A stretch of 64,000 bases of DNA from an uncultured Gammaproteobacteria bacterium (GCA_964576005.1 CAZNTM010000001.1:3711-67710); one strand, 5' to 3'. Positions 16,297-25,693 are shown, numbered from the stretch's first letter. Notes: generated from the letters alone by a model not told the origin. Program-made: numbers and translations.

Positions 16297-16680
16297 ATGT
16301 CTGTTGACGCATCGCTTCGTTACGAGGATATCGTTATTGGAGCCGTCTATGAATTTACTCGTGTCGTGAGCGAGGACGATGGACGTACCTTCGTCGCATT
16401 AACCGACGATGTCAATACGGCAGGAGGAACCATGGCGCACGGAATGCATACGGCGAGTTTGTTTTCGACCTTAATTGATATGTACTGTCCTGCAGGGAAG
16501 AACCTCCACATGAGTCAGACGCTTCAGTTCCGCAAGGGTGTCTTTTTTGGAGATCGTCTCACCGTGCGCGCAACGGTCATATCAAAAAGCGATAGCATTC
16601 ATCTTCTTACTCTAAAAACCGAGGTGCTCCGCGGGCAGGACGTGGTGGTGAGCGGAGAAGCGAAGGTTAAAATGCTCTGA
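16297..16680 (+). CDS. Hotdog-fold protein (MaoC-dehydratase / thioesterase-like)
   Basis: ~128 aa, pattern resembling MaoC N-terminal hotdog (…DDVNTAGG…RATVISK…VSGEAKV). ATG 5 nt after ACP stop. Confidence 0.45.
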   Translation: MSVDASLRYEDIVIGAVYEFTRVVSEDDGRTFVALTDDVNTAGGTMAHGMHTASLFSTLIDMYCPAGKNLHMSQTLQFRKGVFFGDRLTVRATVISKSDSIHLLTLKTEVLRGQDVVVSGEAKVKML

Positions 16681-16704
16681 GCGTTCACGAGAGCCTCTCC
16701 CGCT

Positions 16705-18441
16705 ATGATTCGACACTGGTATAAAGAGTACTGGCTTGTTTTGCTTTTCGCAGTGGCGGTGTCTCTTATCTACGGCGGGGGACACCTTATTCATCTTCAG
16801 CAGTTGGGCCTTGAACAATACGAGCCCCTCACGGTCGCCTCGGATTTAGATGTCGCAGTCACCTATGCGCCTCGCGCCAAGGCAGTTGCCCGCGGGGAGC
16901 ATCTGCCGATCGGAGATATCAACCTCGCCGAGTATCCGGAGAGCCCTGCGTATCTGCCAATGCTCAACCCTCTGATTATGGGGGGAGCGATACGACTGTT
17001 TGGTTCTTTGAAGCTCGCGGTGATCGTTTCGGATTTTGTTTTTCCTACCATTATTTTTTTGTTGCTGTATTCTTTTTTCTTCTTACTTCTCAAGAGAAAG
17101 ATGGCGTCTCTTGTTGTGGCATCATTATTTATCTTCGCCATTGATTTTCCGTTCTGGGGTCTTCGCGAGCTTCTGAAGCCGCCCTTGGTCTCATTGAGCT
17201 TTTCACGGTTTGACGCTCCGCAGCTCACCGATCTTTTTTATCTTCCTGCCGCGATCTTCACCTATCTCTCGCTCCTGCGGCGGCAATCAGGATTCGTCGT
17301 GGCTGCCGGAGTCTTCGCCGGAGCGCTCTTTTATACCGATCTCTACGATTGGGTGACATTCTATACGGGACTACTTCTTCTCTTGGCCTTTTTTCTTTTG
17401 ACGCGAAACTGGGGGGCTGCAAAAATCGTTGCAGGGATTCTCGGCATCGGGTTCCTGCTCTCAACATTTTACTGGGTCAACTTTTTTCGGCTGACACAGC
17501 TTCCCCAATACCAGGATATTGCAACGCGGGCCGGAGTGGAGCGGTCGCGTGCCATCCGCTGGTTCACCTGGGATCTCTATCTTCGGGTTGGGACCGTGAT
17601 TGCTCTCCTGTGGGCGCTGCTTCGTAAGCGTGACCCCATGACGGCTACCTACCTCATTGCGTTTTTGCTTCCACTCTTCGTCACCTTGAACCTCCAAGTG
17701 TTGACGGGTCTCTCTCCACAACCTGATCATTGGATCCGACCACTGGAGCCGTTGATGATGGCGTCGTTGGCTCTCATCGTTCTGGTGGTCGCGGAAACGT
17801 ATCTTCGGCGCATCCCAATGCGATGGTGGAACATTGGTGCCGTGTTTTTTCTCTTCGGACTTTTTTCTCTCGAAACGTTCTACGTTTTTCGCACGGCACG
17901 ATTGACAGCCGGGACACATACAATGCCGGAAGAACAGGCGGCAAGTTACCGTTGGATTCGCAACCACGTTCCTCCTGGTTCCACCATTGCGAGTATCGCG
18001 CCAGAAACGAACCTTGACCTACAGCTTTATACCGACACAAAGCTCTTTTTGCCTTATGGACTCAATACCATCGCTTCAACAGAAGAAATTTGGCAGCGCT
18101 TTTTTTATCTCGCTTCTCTGTATCATGTTCCGGCAACAGAGATTCTTGCTCTTTTTGTCGATCGGCCGCCCATGAACATGAATCTCTATCTCTTCCAAAA
18201 CGGTTTTTATGGGAGCGCTTTGAATAGCTATTTTGTTGGTAGGAAGCGTGTGGTTCCTCCAACGCTTCTCGATGAGAAGCAAAAGCGGTATAGTGTCGCC
18301 GACCCAGTTGAGCCGCCATTTCGTCTTCAGTACGTCTATTACGGGGCGAACGAAAAATTACTTGGCGAAGATCCTCAAATCAAGAATCCGAACCTCAAGC
18401 GTGTCTACGACGATCCACACGTTCGGATCTATACATTATGA
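16705..18441 (+). CDS. Polytopic membrane protein, GT-C-like glycosyltransferase candidate (paralog of 56280..58001)
   Basis: 578 aa, >10 predicted TM helices in N-terminal two thirds, soluble C-terminal ~150 aa; similar architecture and C-terminal resemblance to the 56280..58001 product. Confidence 0.5.
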   Translation: MIRHWYKEYWLVLLFAVAVSLIYGGGHLIHLQQLGLEQYEPLTVASDLDVAVTYAPRAKAVARGEHLPIGDINLAEYPESPAYLPMLNPLIMGGAIRLFGSLKLAVIVSDFVFPTIIFLLLYSFFFLLLKRKMASLVVASLFIFAIDFPFWGLRELLKPPLVSLSFSRFDAPQLTDLFYLPAAIFTYLSLLRRQSGFVVAAGVFAGALFYTDLYDWVTFYTGLLLLLAFFLLTRNWGAAKIVAGILGIGFLLSTFYWVNFFRLTQLPQYQDIATRAGVERSRAIRWFTWDLYLRVGTVIALLWALLRKRDPMTATYLIAFLLPLFVTLNLQVLTGLSPQPDHWIRPLEPLMMASLALIVLVVAETYLRRIPMRWWNIGAVFFLFGLFSLETFYVFRTARLTAGTHTMPEEQAASYRWIRNHVPPGSTIASIAPETNLDLQLYTDTKLFLPYGLNTIASTEEIWQRFFYLASLYHVPATEILALFVDRPPMNMNLYLFQNGFYGSALNSYFVGRKRVVPPTLLDEKQKRYSVADPVEPPFRLQYVYYGANEKLLGEDPQIKNPNLKRVYDDPHVRIYTL

Positions 18442-19487
18442 AGCTCACTGTTGCGTGGAATGTTTGGGATAATTATCTCGATGTTGCACTCGGTTCAGAA
18501 ATTCTGCGCCGGGAAAACGAGCAGACGAAGCACTTTCAGGAGCTTCATCTCATTTCTCAAGGGGGGTATCCTGAGCCGCCATCCCGCGAGTACGCCCAAT
18601 ACTTGGATGGGCATTTCTTCGTTGCCTATCCCGACGTCCCTCTCATTGCGTTTCACGTGAAGTACAAAGGCGTCTTGCGCGTTCTTGAGGGAATTCAGCG
18701 CGCATTTCGTTACGCCGAAGTGCGTGGACACGACTTCGTGCTTGTCACCAATGGGGATGCTTGGCCACTGTCCATCGAAAAACTTTTCCGTATCTTGAGC
18801 GATCCGGCCGTCACCGAAGCGGCGGTTTCGATGCGCGTCGGTTCGCTCACGGGTTTGGAGCTCAATTTTGGCAGTCGCGTGCCCCTGTTTGATGATCACT
18901 TCATTATTCTTAATGTGAGAGAATGCACGACCTCTGGCGTGTTCGATTACGATCACTCGGCGCGGTTTTTCCGGCCGCACCATCCGAGTGCTCTCCATTA
19001 CTTATTGTGCCTCTTTGTGGATCAGCGGGTTCCGGCCGGGAAGTTCCATATCTACTCTGATATCAGTGATACGATGAATCACTACGGCGACTGGATGGGC
19101 TGGAACCTCTTGCCCTGGCAATATCAGCTTTCGACCGGTTTTCTGCATGCCAACTGCGCGCAAGTGTTCTCGTTGAATGCGCTGCGCGCGGCATTCCTCA
19201 ATGACCTTGGGTTCACGCGCTACCCACTTGTGGCGCGTTATTACCGAGACGTTGTACCTGATCCATTACTCTTCACGCGTCGCAACGGTATGCTTGTCTA
19301 CAAGAAGCCACTCTCTCGACGGGTGCGTGAGTCATTCTTTTGGTGGGCATATCGTGCATACTGCGCCACAGTGCACGAGTACTATGAGCGCCGCTATGCG
19401 CGCTTTCCGAGTTCTGATGTCCGGAAGAAAACGCTGGAGTACTTTGATGCATTCCACCATATTAAGCCGGCAATTCTTACCCAGTGA
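18438..19487 (+). CDS. Hypothetical protein, paralog A of a tandem pair (unknown family, possible nucleotide-sugar transferase fold)
   Basis: Clear pairwise similarity to the 19673..20533 product (e.g. VSMRVGSLTGLELNFGSRVPLFDDHFIILNVREC vs LSVRMGMIQVKAGVFSPKLPYVDDNFLIVNQRRC). Confidence 0.6.
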   Translation: MKLTVAWNVWDNYLDVALGSEILRRENEQTKHFQELHLISQGGYPEPPSREYAQYLDGHFFVAYPDVPLIAFHVKYKGVLRVLEGIQRAFRYAEVRGHDFVLVTNGDAWPLSIEKLFRILSDPAVTEAAVSMRVGSLTGLELNFGSRVPLFDDHFIILNVRECTTSGVFDYDHSARFFRPHHPSALHYLLCLFVDQRVPAGKFHIYSDISDTMNHYGDWMGWNLLPWQYQLSTGFLHANCAQVFSLNALRAAFLNDLGFTRYPLVARYYRDVVPDPLLFTRRNGMLVYKKPLSRRVRESFFWWAYRAYCATVHEYYERRYARFPSSDVRKKTLEYFDAFHHIKPAILTQ

Positions 19488-19502
19488 GATACTTCACTAA
19501 CT

Positions 19503-19633
19503 CTGAATTACGAAACGCCCTTTTTGTCACCCTGAGCTTGTCGAAGGGTGACTGAAAGAGGCGAAATACATGGCCTTTCCGTCATGGTTCGACAAGCTCA
19601 CCATGACAATGGAATGGGTTTCGTAATTCACAG
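19503..19633 (+). mobile_element. MITE family A, copy 2
   Basis: Differs from copy 1 at 4 positions (2 sites); flanked by 7-bp direct repeat TCACTAA (19496-19502 and 19634-19640). Confidence 0.8.
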
Positions 19634-19672
19634 TCACTAAAGTCGTTGATCCATGTAATGGGGCATGCTGAT

Positions 19673-20533
19673 ATGCGGATTGCATTGCTGTGGAATCATC
19701 GTTCGCCGGAGGAAGCATCGCTCACCAAAGCCGTGATGGCGTGTCAGCGAGAAACACTCGCGAAATATTTTTCCGAGGTCTTCATGGTTTCACTTCAAGC
19801 GTCAACCGTCCCGGCAACATTTGCCGAGACATTCGCCTTTGCGAGGCATAATGCCGTCGCGTTCAGTATTCTCTCCTTTGGCGCCGGATGGGTGCTCTCT
19901 CCGGAAAGATTGAAGCGACTCCTTGATGATTCGAGTGTCCAAGAGAAAGCTCTTTCAGTGCGCATGGGTATGATTCAAGTAAAAGCCGGCGTCTTTAGTC
20001 CGAAGCTTCCGTACGTTGATGACAACTTCCTCATTGTGAATCAGCGCCGTTGCGAAACGCTTGGGATCATTGCCGCGGCGGAGCGCGGCAGCGGGGGAAC
20101 GCACTTTGAGCGTTGGGGCGGCGTGCATGCCGAACTCATGAGTTTTATTGAGGCAGTCATACCGCACGGTGAGCTTTTTGTGTATTCCAATGGAAGCGAC
20201 TGCCAGGATCAGTATGGCGCATGGAGCGGTTTCGCTTCTTTGGCATATCTTTACTGCGATCGCTACGGACTCGTCTGTTCAGATCCCTCCCTAGACGAAC
20301 GAGTTCACGCCTTGCGCGTCGCACTTTTGAAGTATGTCGCAATTTCAGATGCCGACGTCATTGATCGCTATTGGAAAAAATATGCAGGCCATGTTCGCGC
20401 TCTCTATGGCCAACCACCATTTTTACAGAAACCATTTATGCGTCGTATGATCGAACCGGCACTCGAACAGGCAAAACGGGCGCTCGGCAAAATCAACTAT
20501 GAAATCAAAAAAAAGTACCACGATACGACATAG
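19673..20533 (+). CDS. Hypothetical protein, paralog B of tandem pair
   Basis: ORF track starts on TTG 19646; ATG 19673 (MRIALLWNH) aligns with the MKLTVAWNV start of paralog A. Confidence 0.55.
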   Translation: MRIALLWNHRSPEEASLTKAVMACQRETLAKYFSEVFMVSLQASTVPATFAETFAFARHNAVAFSILSFGAGWVLSPERLKRLLDDSSVQEKALSVRMGMIQVKAGVFSPKLPYVDDNFLIVNQRRCETLGIIAAAERGSGGTHFERWGGVHAELMSFIEAVIPHGELFVYSNGSDCQDQYGAWSGFASLAYLYCDRYGLVCSDPSLDERVHALRVALLKYVAISDADVIDRYWKKYAGHVRALYGQPPFLQKPFMRRMIEPALEQAKRALGKINYEIKKKYHDTT

Positions 20534-20749
20534 GGATCAGTCGCGGCCCGGGTTTCTCCATGCCAGTTGCGCCGAGATCCACTCATGCATCGTCTCCATG
20601 CGGGATTTCTCGTTGGTCCTGGGTTGACGAAATAGCCGTTTGTGCGTCAGTATAAAGAAAAACATTGGAGCATTTTCGAGCGTTTTGGCACATTCGACCT
20701 TCACGGCTTACTCAATAGCGTTTGAACGAGGAGGCAATGATTCATCGGT

Positions 20750-21682
20750 ATGCACTGCACGCTTTGCAATGGAACGACCTTCGAGACGCTCCGAGAGAAG
20801 CTTCGACACGATATTGTACGGAAAGTTTTTCGTTGTACGGAGTGTGGGCTTGTCTTCCTCGACCAGGCCGAGGCGAATGCCCAAGAGTTTTACAACAAGC
20901 AGTATCGAAAGCTCTACCCTGCCGTTATTGGAAAAGAGTTGACTCCCAAAGAATTTTTTAATATCAACATGCCGTTCCAGCGAGCACGTCTTGAAAAGAT
21001 CCGGCATCTCCTGAAGCCCGACATGCGCGTGCTTGACATTGGGAGCTCTGCCGGGATGTTTTTAAACGAAATTCGTCCTCATGTTGGGGAGGTGATTGGG
21101 GATGAGTTTGATGAAGTCTATGCTCAATTTGCCCGGGATACCTTCGGGATTACGACCTACACAACGCCATTGGAAGAGACCGACCTTGCGCCCAACTCTT
21201 TCGATCTCATCAGCGCCTTGGAAGTTTTCGAGCACATTGCGGACCCCCTCCGTTTTTTAGAAACAGTGAAGCGCTACCTCAAACCGGGCGGCATCCTCTA
21301 TTGTGAAGTTCCGAATCACGATGAGTCGCTGTTGTCGATTTTTGACGTTCCTGGCTACCGCGACTTTTACTATCGCGAACCGCACCTTTTTTACTACAAT
21401 CCCGATACCTTGAAACGGATGCTCGAGCGCGCCGGGTTCCACGGCACAATTGCCGCAAGCGGTTTTGAACCTCATGCGCTGAATCAGATGCACTGGATTC
21501 TCAACGGCCGACCGCAGCCTTCCGCAACCAACGCGTATGGTGAGCCGACGTTGCCGCTGTTGTCAACACCAAATCCTGCAGCACCACAGTTGTTCGAGGC
21601 CATTAACCGTTTTCACCGTGACTATCGTGCGTTGCTCGATCGCGCGCTGCTGTGTTCTCACATTATTTTTATTGGCCAGTAA
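20750..21682 (+). CDS. SAM-dependent methyltransferase with N-terminal CxxC...CxxC zinc ribbon (NDP-hexose C-/O-methyltransferase-like, TylCIII-type architecture)
   Basis: CTLCNG...CTECG zinc ribbon followed by VLDIGSSAGMF SAM motif I and LKPGGILY motif. Confidence 0.6.
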   Translation: MHCTLCNGTTFETLREKLRHDIVRKVFRCTECGLVFLDQAEANAQEFYNKQYRKLYPAVIGKELTPKEFFNINMPFQRARLEKIRHLLKPDMRVLDIGSSAGMFLNEIRPHVGEVIGDEFDEVYAQFARDTFGITTYTTPLEETDLAPNSFDLISALEVFEHIADPLRFLETVKRYLKPGGILYCEVPNHDESLLSIFDVPGYRDFYYREPHLFYYNPDTLKRMLERAGFHGTIAASGFEPHALNQMHWILNGRPQPSATNAYGEPTLPLLSTPNPAAPQLFEAINRFHRDYRALLDRALLCSHIIFIGQ

Positions 21683-21693
21683 ACCCATAGTGT

Positions 21694-22824
21694 ATGAGGC
21701 AAGATTCTCTTTCGTTTTTTCAACGGTTGACGAACGGCGCATTTGTGGTTGCCGAGATCGGTAAGAATTTTATTCGCACTGAAGACGAGCGACCAGTGTC
21801 GGAGTATCTTGCCAACGCAAAAGCGCTTGTTAAAGCAGCGAAGGAGGCCGGGGCAGACGCCGTGAAGTTTCAAACTCATACCGTTGAAGATGAGGTTTTG
21901 AACCTTGATTTTGACTCTCCGCACTTTCAAGGGAAGGGGCGGTATCAGTGGGTGACACGGAATACCAACGCGACTCCACTTGAAGAATTTTGGCAGCCGC
22001 TCAAAGCGTATTGTGAGGAGCGTGGGATTATCTTTTTTTCAACCCCCATGTCACGCGGAGCAGCAATGAAACTCAACTTGATTGGCGTTCCGGTGTGGAA
22101 AGTCGCTTCAAGCGACATTCTTGATTATCCGATGTTGGAGTTTATGGCAAGTACCGGAAAGCCCATCATGCTGCCCACTGGTATGTCTACCATTGATGAT
22201 GTTGATGCCTCCCTTGGGTTTCTGGCTCGAAAGGGCGCCCGCCGCGTTGTGCTCATGCATGCGATTTCACGCTATCCATATCCACCGGAAGATTCTCACC
22301 TGCGTACGATTGTTTTTTTTCGTAAACGGTATCCGGACGTGGCGATTGGGTTTTCCCAAAATTCTCCATGGATTGAGCCCGCGGTTGTTGCGGCTGCGCT
22401 CGGAGCGAGTGTGGTGGAGCAGCATTTTACTTTTGATCGGGACTTTTGGGGTCCAGATCATAAGGTTTCGATGACACCCGATGAGTTCGCTCGTATGGTG
22501 GGAGGGATTCGACGGGTACACGCAGACTCCATCGAGGCGCAGCGCGTGCTCGAAGTTCGCGAAAATGAAATATACCTTGGTCGGGAAGAGAAATTTCTTC
22601 AACAAGGCGAAGAGCCGTTTCGGCCCTTGTTCCGGAAGGCGCTTATGGCTGGTGCTGACATTTCAGCAGGGACCACGATAACCCCCGAGATGGTCTATGC
22701 CATGCGACCGCAACAGTACGCGGGTGGGTTGCCAAGCGAGCGCTATGAGAGCATCCTTGGACGTCGCGTCGCTCGGGCGCTCAAAAAGTACGACCCGATT
22801 ACTGATGACGTGTTGACCGCGTAG
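21694..22824 (+). CDS. Nonulosonic acid synthase (NeuB/LegI/PseI family: N-acetylneuraminate synthase-like) with C-terminal SAF domain
   Basis: FVVAEIGKNF...DAVKFQTH and EQHFTFD motifs of the NeuB family, ~376 aa. Confidence 0.75.
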   Translation: MRQDSLSFFQRLTNGAFVVAEIGKNFIRTEDERPVSEYLANAKALVKAAKEAGADAVKFQTHTVEDEVLNLDFDSPHFQGKGRYQWVTRNTNATPLEEFWQPLKAYCEERGIIFFSTPMSRGAAMKLNLIGVPVWKVASSDILDYPMLEFMASTGKPIMLPTGMSTIDDVDASLGFLARKGARRVVLMHAISRYPYPPEDSHLRTIVFFRKRYPDVAIGFSQNSPWIEPAVVAAALGASVVEQHFTFDRDFWGPDHKVSMTPDEFARMVGGIRRVHADSIEAQRVLEVRENEIYLGREEKFLQQGEEPFRPLFRKALMAGADISAGTTITPEMVYAMRPQQYAGGLPSERYESILGRRVARALKKYDPITDDVLTA

Positions 22825-22830
22825 CACGAT

Positions 22831-23991
22831 ATGCCGATCCGACGGATTTGCTTTGTCATTACTTCCGGCATTCACTATGGCCGGAGTAAGACTCTTCTTG
22901 AGGAGCTCACGACTCGCAGTGATGTGGAGCTGAAGCTTGTCGTCGGCGGATCAGCACTTCTCTCGAACTACGGCGATATTTTAAGCGTGCTCGAGCGGGA
23001 TGGTTTCCAACCTCATGCACGTGTCTTTATGACATTGGAAGGCGGCAACCTGTTAGCCATGGCAAAAACCGCAGGACTGGGGGTGAGCGAGTTTGCCAGT
23101 GTTTTTGATAATCTTAAACCAGACGTCGTGATGGTGCGAGGTGATCGGTATGAAGTGCTTTCTGCCGCGGTTGCGGCAGCCTATCTCAACATCCCCATTG
23201 CCCACATTGAAGGCGGTGATATTTCTGGCACACTCGACGAGAGTGTCCGTCACGCTATCACGAAGCTTTCCCATATCCATTTTGCGACAAACCCGGCGTC
23301 TCACGAGCGCATCCTTCGGATGGGCGAAGACCCGCGCTACGTTTTCCTTGTTGGCTCGCCCGAACTCGATTTTGTCATTCAGAACAATTTTTCTGTCACG
23401 ACTGAATATATGAACAGTCTTGGCGTGGGTGACGTTGTGGATACGAGCCAGCGTTTTATACTCGTCATGCAACACCCGGTGACGACCGAAGTCGGGGAGA
23501 ACCGTCATCACACCGAAGAGACGCTCGAAGCGGTCCAAGCGCTCGAAATCCCCGCTATTTGGTTTTGGCCGAATGTGGATGCTGGCACTGATGAGGTGTC
23601 CAAAGCGATTCGTGTTTTTCGCGAACAGAAAAGGTCGCACCGCATACGGTTTTTAAAATATCTTCCACCAGAACAGTTCATTGGACTTTTGAAAAAGAGT
23701 TCCTGTTTAATTGGGAACTCGTCTGCAGGCCTTAAAGAATGTTCATTGCTTGGAGTGCCAGCGGTCAACATCGGCACCCGTCAGTATCGGAGACTTCGTG
23801 GTCCAAACGTCGTGGACGTCGATTACGACAAGACCGCGATTCGAAAAGCGATTGAATTTCAACTTGAACACGGGCCGTATCCACCGAGCGACGTGTATTA
23901 TCGGCCTCAGGCCAGTCGTCGCATTGCGGAGCTCGTTGCAACCGTTCCGCTCTATATTCAAAAAACCTACTATGACGGAGAAGGGGTATAA
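22831..23991 (+). CDS. Hydrolysing UDP-GlcNAc 2-epimerase family (NeuC/LegG-like)
   Basis: VRGDRYEVLSAAVAAAYLNIPIAHIEGGDISGTLDESVRHAITKLSHIHF and HPVTTE blocks closely match NeuC-type enzymes. Confidence 0.75.
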   Translation: MPIRRICFVITSGIHYGRSKTLLEELTTRSDVELKLVVGGSALLSNYGDILSVLERDGFQPHARVFMTLEGGNLLAMAKTAGLGVSEFASVFDNLKPDVVMVRGDRYEVLSAAVAAAYLNIPIAHIEGGDISGTLDESVRHAITKLSHIHFATNPASHERILRMGEDPRYVFLVGSPELDFVIQNNFSVTTEYMNSLGVGDVVDTSQRFILVMQHPVTTEVGENRHHTEETLEAVQALEIPAIWFWPNVDAGTDEVSKAIRVFREQKRSHRIRFLKYLPPEQFIGLLKKSSCLIGNSSAGLKECSLLGVPAVNIGTRQYRRLRGPNVVDVDYDKTAIRKAIEFQLEHGPYPPSDVYYRPQASRRIAELVATVPLYIQKTYYDGEGV

Positions 23992-24694
23992 GGGAAAGCG
24001 GACGCTCGGGGTCATCGTCGCTCGTGGCGGCTCCAAAGGCATTCCCGGCAAAAACATCAAGCCCCTGGCTGGCAAGCCGCTCATTGTCTACACCATCGAA
24101 GCGGCAGCCAAAAGCCAGTACCTGTCGCGCTGTATTGTTTCAACGGACAGCGAAGCAATTGCTGTGGTTGCCAAAGCCGCTGGTTGCGACGTGCCGTTTA
24201 TGCGCCCCGTCGAGTTGGCGCTCGATACCACACCGGCCATCCCCGTTATTCAGCATGCCGTAGGATGGCTCAAAGAACACGAAGGAGCGGAGTTTGATGC
24301 GGTGATGATTTTGCAGCCGACCTCGCCCTTGCGCACCGCCGGAGACATTGATGCCTGCATCACAAAAATGGTGGATACCGACGCTGATTCAGTCATGAGC
24401 ATGGTGGAGTTAAGCGACTTCTCACCGAAGAAATTGAAAAAGATCGAAGATGACCGTATCGTCCCACTCCTTGAAGAAGAAGGAAGGCAGTCTGCTCCTC
24501 GGCAAGCCGCGGCCGCGGTCTATAAGCGAAACTGTGCCATCTACCTCACTCGTGTGCCTTTCATCATAGCTGGAGATCTTTTTGGGGCGATTTCTCGTCC
24601 CTACATTATGCCTGCAGAACGTTCGATTGACATCAATACGCCATACGACTTCGCGCTCGTCGAGCTTCTCCTGAGTCGCATGGAGTCATCCTGA
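23972..24694 (+). CDS. CMP-nonulosonic acid synthetase (acylneuraminate cytidylyltransferase, NeuA family)
   Basis: GVIVARGGSKGIPGKN...QPTSPLR motifs of CTP_transf_3. Start ATG 23972 overlaps previous gene by 20 nt. Confidence 0.75.
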   Translation: MTEKGYKGKRTLGVIVARGGSKGIPGKNIKPLAGKPLIVYTIEAAAKSQYLSRCIVSTDSEAIAVVAKAAGCDVPFMRPVELALDTTPAIPVIQHAVGWLKEHEGAEFDAVMILQPTSPLRTAGDIDACITKMVDTDADSVMSMVELSDFSPKKLKKIEDDRIVPLLEEEGRQSAPRQAAAAVYKRNCAIYLTRVPFIIAGDLFGAISRPYIMPAERSIDINTPYDFALVELLLSRMESS

Positions 24695-24715
24695 GCCAAG
24701 TCGAAGGATCTCACT

Positions 24716-25693
24716 ATGTCGTACCGCATTCTCAACACTATTGGGGCAGTCTTAACCTCTGCCGCGCGCGAGCGTCTTGAGACGATTGGTGACATACACG
24801 ATTTCACCGGCTCGCAACAGGAGCTTGCCGAGGCGCTTGCTTCAGCCGATATCGCCCTTATTGGTTTGGGGTTGAATTTTTCTAAGAACATCTTAGAACA
24901 CGCACCACATCTCCGCTGCATTGCGACGGCCACCACGGGACTTGATCATATTGATACTGCCGAAGCGAACGCACGCGGTATCACGGTGTTGAGCCTCAAA
25001 GGCGAGGAAGCTTTTTTGCGTACTATTACCGGCACGGCCGAGTTGGCGCTTGGGCTCATGATTGACCTTAGCCGCGACATGTCGCACGCATTCGAAGCGG
25101 TTAAGAAAGGGCAGTGGCAGCGTGAACATTTTCGCGGCCACAGCCTTTCTGGCAAGACACTTGGTATCGTTGGTCTTGGTCGGCTGGGGACGCTCATGGC
25201 TCGGTACGGCAGCGCTTTAGGGATGACCGTGATCGCCGTTGATCCCCACAAGAGTACAGAAACGTTTACAAACGCCGGGGCACGCGGGGTTGATTTTTCG
25301 ACCCTGCTTCAAGAGAGCGACGTCATTTCTATTCACGCGGCACTGATACCGGAGACTGAAAAACTTTTTAATCAAGAAGCGTTTGGAGAGATGAAGCCAA
25401 CCGCATACCTCATCAACACAGCGCGTGGACAGATTGTTGATGAAGTGGCCCTGCTTCAGGCATTGGAGCAGGGGAGAATCGGAGGCTACGCCGCTGATGT
25501 GTTGGCGGATGAAAATACCTTTGGTGGCCAGATTCCGCTTCAACACCCCCTACTGCTCTACGCAAAACAGCATCGTCATTGCATTCTTGTCCCCCACATC
25601 GGGGGCATGACGGTGGAATCACGCGAAGCCACTGATACGTTCATGGCAGAAAAAATTGTTGCCTGGGCGACCGGAACCTATAAAGATGCTTGA
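24716..25693 (+). CDS. D-isomer-specific 2-hydroxyacid dehydrogenase family (NAD-binding)
   Basis: GKTLGIVGLGRLG NAD-binding loop and catalytic R...E...H context (TARG...HIGG). Confidence 0.65.
   Translation: MSYRILNTIGAVLTSAARERLETIGDIHDFTGSQQELAEALASADIALIGLGLNFSKNILEHAPHLRCIATATTGLDHIDTAEANARGITVLSLKGEEAFLRTITGTAELALGLMIDLSRDMSHAFEAVKKGQWQREHFRGHSLSGKTLGIVGLGRLGTLMARYGSALGMTVIAVDPHKSTETFTNAGARGVDFSTLLQESDVISIHAALIPETEKLFNQEAFGEMKPTAYLINTARGQIVDEVALLQALEQGRIGGYAADVLADENTFGGQIPLQHPLLLYAKQHRHCILVPHIGGMTVESREATDTFMAEKIVAWATGTYKDA

Noticed and set aside
17461-17967. 168-aa minus ORF
   Set aside because: Inside the GT-C-like membrane protein gene on the opposite strand; no support.
20722-20961. 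79-aa ORF in an alternative frame with GAGGAGG 5 nt upstream of an internal ATG (20737)
   Set aside because: The overlapping frame starting at 20750 encodes a zinc-ribbon + methyltransferase with clear motifs for 310 aa; the short frame has no features. The RBS probably serves the 20750 start, though with a longer spacer.
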